Shown: positions 37,339 through 39,863 of the stretch, in pieces
Numbering within the stretch: position 1 is the first letter of the stretch
How the letters are laid out: each line of letters opens with the position of its first letter
Assembly: GCA_001642005.1 (NCBI GenBank)
Contig: LWCA01000222.1
Location: 1 to 39,863 of the forward strand
From: Intoshia linei
Lineage: Eukaryota > Animalia > Orthonectida
Reading direction: 5' to 3'
DNA: 39,863 nucleotides
Position numbers and translations under genes: made by a program
Notes under the pieces: model-generated
What the model was told of the DNA's origin: nothing
The model's input: only the letters and a program-made list of their open reading frames with translations
The model's database searches: none

Positions 37339-37980
37339 TAACTAATCCGACTGATGTTTACTTCGTATGAACAGTAGTTGGTCTGACATGTAAGGACGCT
37401 TCTAGATACGCATTATTAGATATTATTAAATTTATCAGTAATAGTATGAGGAATCTATGTTTTTTCAGTTTCATAAAAAGGGTAATATTGGGGTTTGACC
37501 ATGAAGACGCAATTTTCTGAGAATGTAATTTATCTTAATTTCTGCACTGAAAATAAATAATATATAATTTTTTTTATATATTAAAAAATATAATTATTAA
37601 AGTATAATATATATTAATAATATATTAACAGGTAAGATGCCATACTATGAATGTAGCCAATAATGCACATGTAAATCAAAACGTAATTATTTTTAAATTC
37701 CACACATACAATTTTATTATATTTAGATTCCAATTCGAGGCACCGTTTCTCATTGTATAAAATTTTATAATTTATTGTATCTTATGATACACGTATAATA
37801 TTAATATCATTTTTTCTAATTAATACAATAAACTTTTAGTTCGCTCAGTAAAAAAATATCCATCTTTAACTAAAAAATCAAATTCTCAATTATTAAACGA
37901 AGATAATTTATTAGATAAAAAGATTATAAGGTGATTTACTATTAATGTATTATTGATTATAATTTGGTAATAATAATAAT

Positions 37981-38183
37981 AATTTAAAAATATTACCTGT
38001 TTGAATTTTGGCGCAATTAATTATGATTATAATTTTATTTATGTGACTAATTATCATGGTAAATTTAAAAATATTACCTGTAATAATTTTGGCGCAATTA
38101 TTAATGAAAATTTTATTTTTTTACTAATAATCATGGTAAATTTATAAATATTACCTGTTTGAATTTTGGCGCAATTATTAATA
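37981..38183. repeat. Second array of the 81-bp minisatellite, about 2.5 copies
   Basis: Same unit at 37996, 38077 and 38154. A solo copy lies at about 26335-26410. Confidence 0.9.
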
Positions 38184-39197
38184 ATATCATATTTCTAATT
38201 TATCGTAATTAAAATGTATTGAAAATTAATTTAATAAATATTTTTGAATTTAGATTCAGTCCAAAAACACAACAGAAACGAAAAGCAATAATTTTTAAAT
38301 CAAAGTCTATTTCGGAAATTAGGGTAAAATTATAAATTGCAAAGTGGATTATTGCCTTCACTTTTAATAATTTCCATCAATCTTGGTTACGCATACAATT
38401 TAATGAATAATAACTTGACTGTTTTTTACTTTCTACAAATAGTAGTTACGGTAGCTATGCCCAGGCTGCACGTTTTCATATATATTTTTACACATTACTG
38501 GAAAGAACTGCATTAGATGTAATGTTTTTAACATTCCAACGATGTTAAAATAAAAACTGAGTTTTTATTTTCATTTTTAATAAATTTGTAAAATATTTGA
38601 TAATAAAAATGGTAAGTTGCTGTTTTCACCGTGAAATTTCTGAGAATGCATATATAAATCAATTTGTAAATTGCAGAATGCTATACTCTTGAAAATATTT
38701 GTTTACTGAAAAATCCGATTTTGGCTAAAATGTATAAGGCCTATTCTTGTAACGCCCAAATGGTTAAATTCACAGATAAATCGATGTAGATGACAAAATA
38801 ATGTAATATATTGTCCAGAAATAGCCTTAAATTGACAACAGAAAAATTGAAAATATTTTAATTAGCATTAGTTATGAGAGAAACAAATTACAATACTTAA
38901 ATTTTAATATAGAATGTGATTCATTCGAAATTCACCAAAAAACACTTTTTAATGTTCACTTTTAGTTTATCGAAGATTCTTGTGAATCTATAAATAAATA
39001 AAAACATTTAATTCATTTAACAGTTTAGTAGGAATGAAGTCGACCGATAATACCAATAATTAAACCATGGTTATTGGTTATAATAGTGTAAAAATTCAAA
39101 TTAAAATATAAAAATAAACTTTAGCGTTACATGAATAAAGTTTTTAAAATGAATATAGAATTTCAATACATTTTAAATGTAACATTTATTTATAAAT

Positions 39198-39854
39198 TTA
39201 TTTTATTAGATATTTAATAAAAGGATGCTCTCCAGTGTGTTCTCTTAGTATTAGGAGATTTTCATCTATTTCAATATCATGGCATTTTCCAATGCCAGCA
39301 AATTTTGTTTCGTTCCATTTGTAATTTTTAACTCCACGACCTTTTTCAGTGAAGGTGTTTGGACATAACCTCAGAGCCGTACTAACAAATGTTATTGCAT
39401 CATTGACAATAGAGGCATCATGTCTTTTGAACATTACTGATTTTCACACCATATGCTTCACTCGTCCCCAATCCCATCAACAACACCCTTCCCATGGCTT
39501 GTTGCAAAAAATCTCCAATGAATCTTGCATAAATATTTAATTTCCAAAATTTTTAATGTCTGTACAAGATATTTATTTTTAAATTCACCGTATGGTCCAT
39601 CAGACCATATTATTACAGTTTTGTTTTTTATTTTATAAATATCAAAAATTTGATTTAAATATGTTCTAACAGCATTTTCCCTTTCTCTCCATTGTCGGAC
39701 ACAAAGCAAAAAGGTGTGTTTTTGTAGAGTCAAATACTGCCGTGGTAAATATATTCACCTGTGTCCGTGCCCACAAACCAGTTTGAATTTCATTTTGTGA
39801 TTCACATCTATATGCCATTGCAAAATCCACTTGCACCACGATTATGTTGTTCAT
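39198..39854 (-). pseudogene. Frameshifted Sola2-type DDD transposase remnant, running off the window edge
   Basis: Three broken frames carry VDFAMAY..QNEIQ..W..Q, WSDGPYGEFKN and WRFFATSHGKGVVDG, motifs characteristic of Sola2 transposases. Confidence 0.75.
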
Positions 39855-39863
39855 TGGATTATT

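Overview
Very AT-rich eukaryotic (metazoan) genomic DNA with the standard genetic code and tiny GT-AG introns (modal about 35-42 bp). This architecture fits a reduced, compact animal genome, for example an orthonectid/dicyemid-type parasite; that assignment is inference only. Manual splicing gives eight host genes: a secreted single-domain saposin-like protein (1120-4150 +, absent from the ORF track), PDIA6 (8304-10422 +), an atypical miniaturised receptor guanylyl-cyclase-like protein with only half of the catalytic residues (11508-16648 -), TMEM128 (18125-18576 +, absent from the ORF track), PIK3R4/VPS15 (18623-24790 -), JIP3/JIP4 (26801-31787 +), WDR88 (31962-36435 +) and an FHA-like/Lys-rich orphan (from 36507 +). 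Long introns and intergenic DNA are filled with a non-autonomous Helitron family, hAT and pogo/Tc1 MITEs, a dispersed 81-bp minisatellite and a frameshifted Sola2-type transposase. Two single-N gaps accompany a 571-bp exact duplication that is probably an assembly artefact. All gene models were spliced by eye and no database searches were run.
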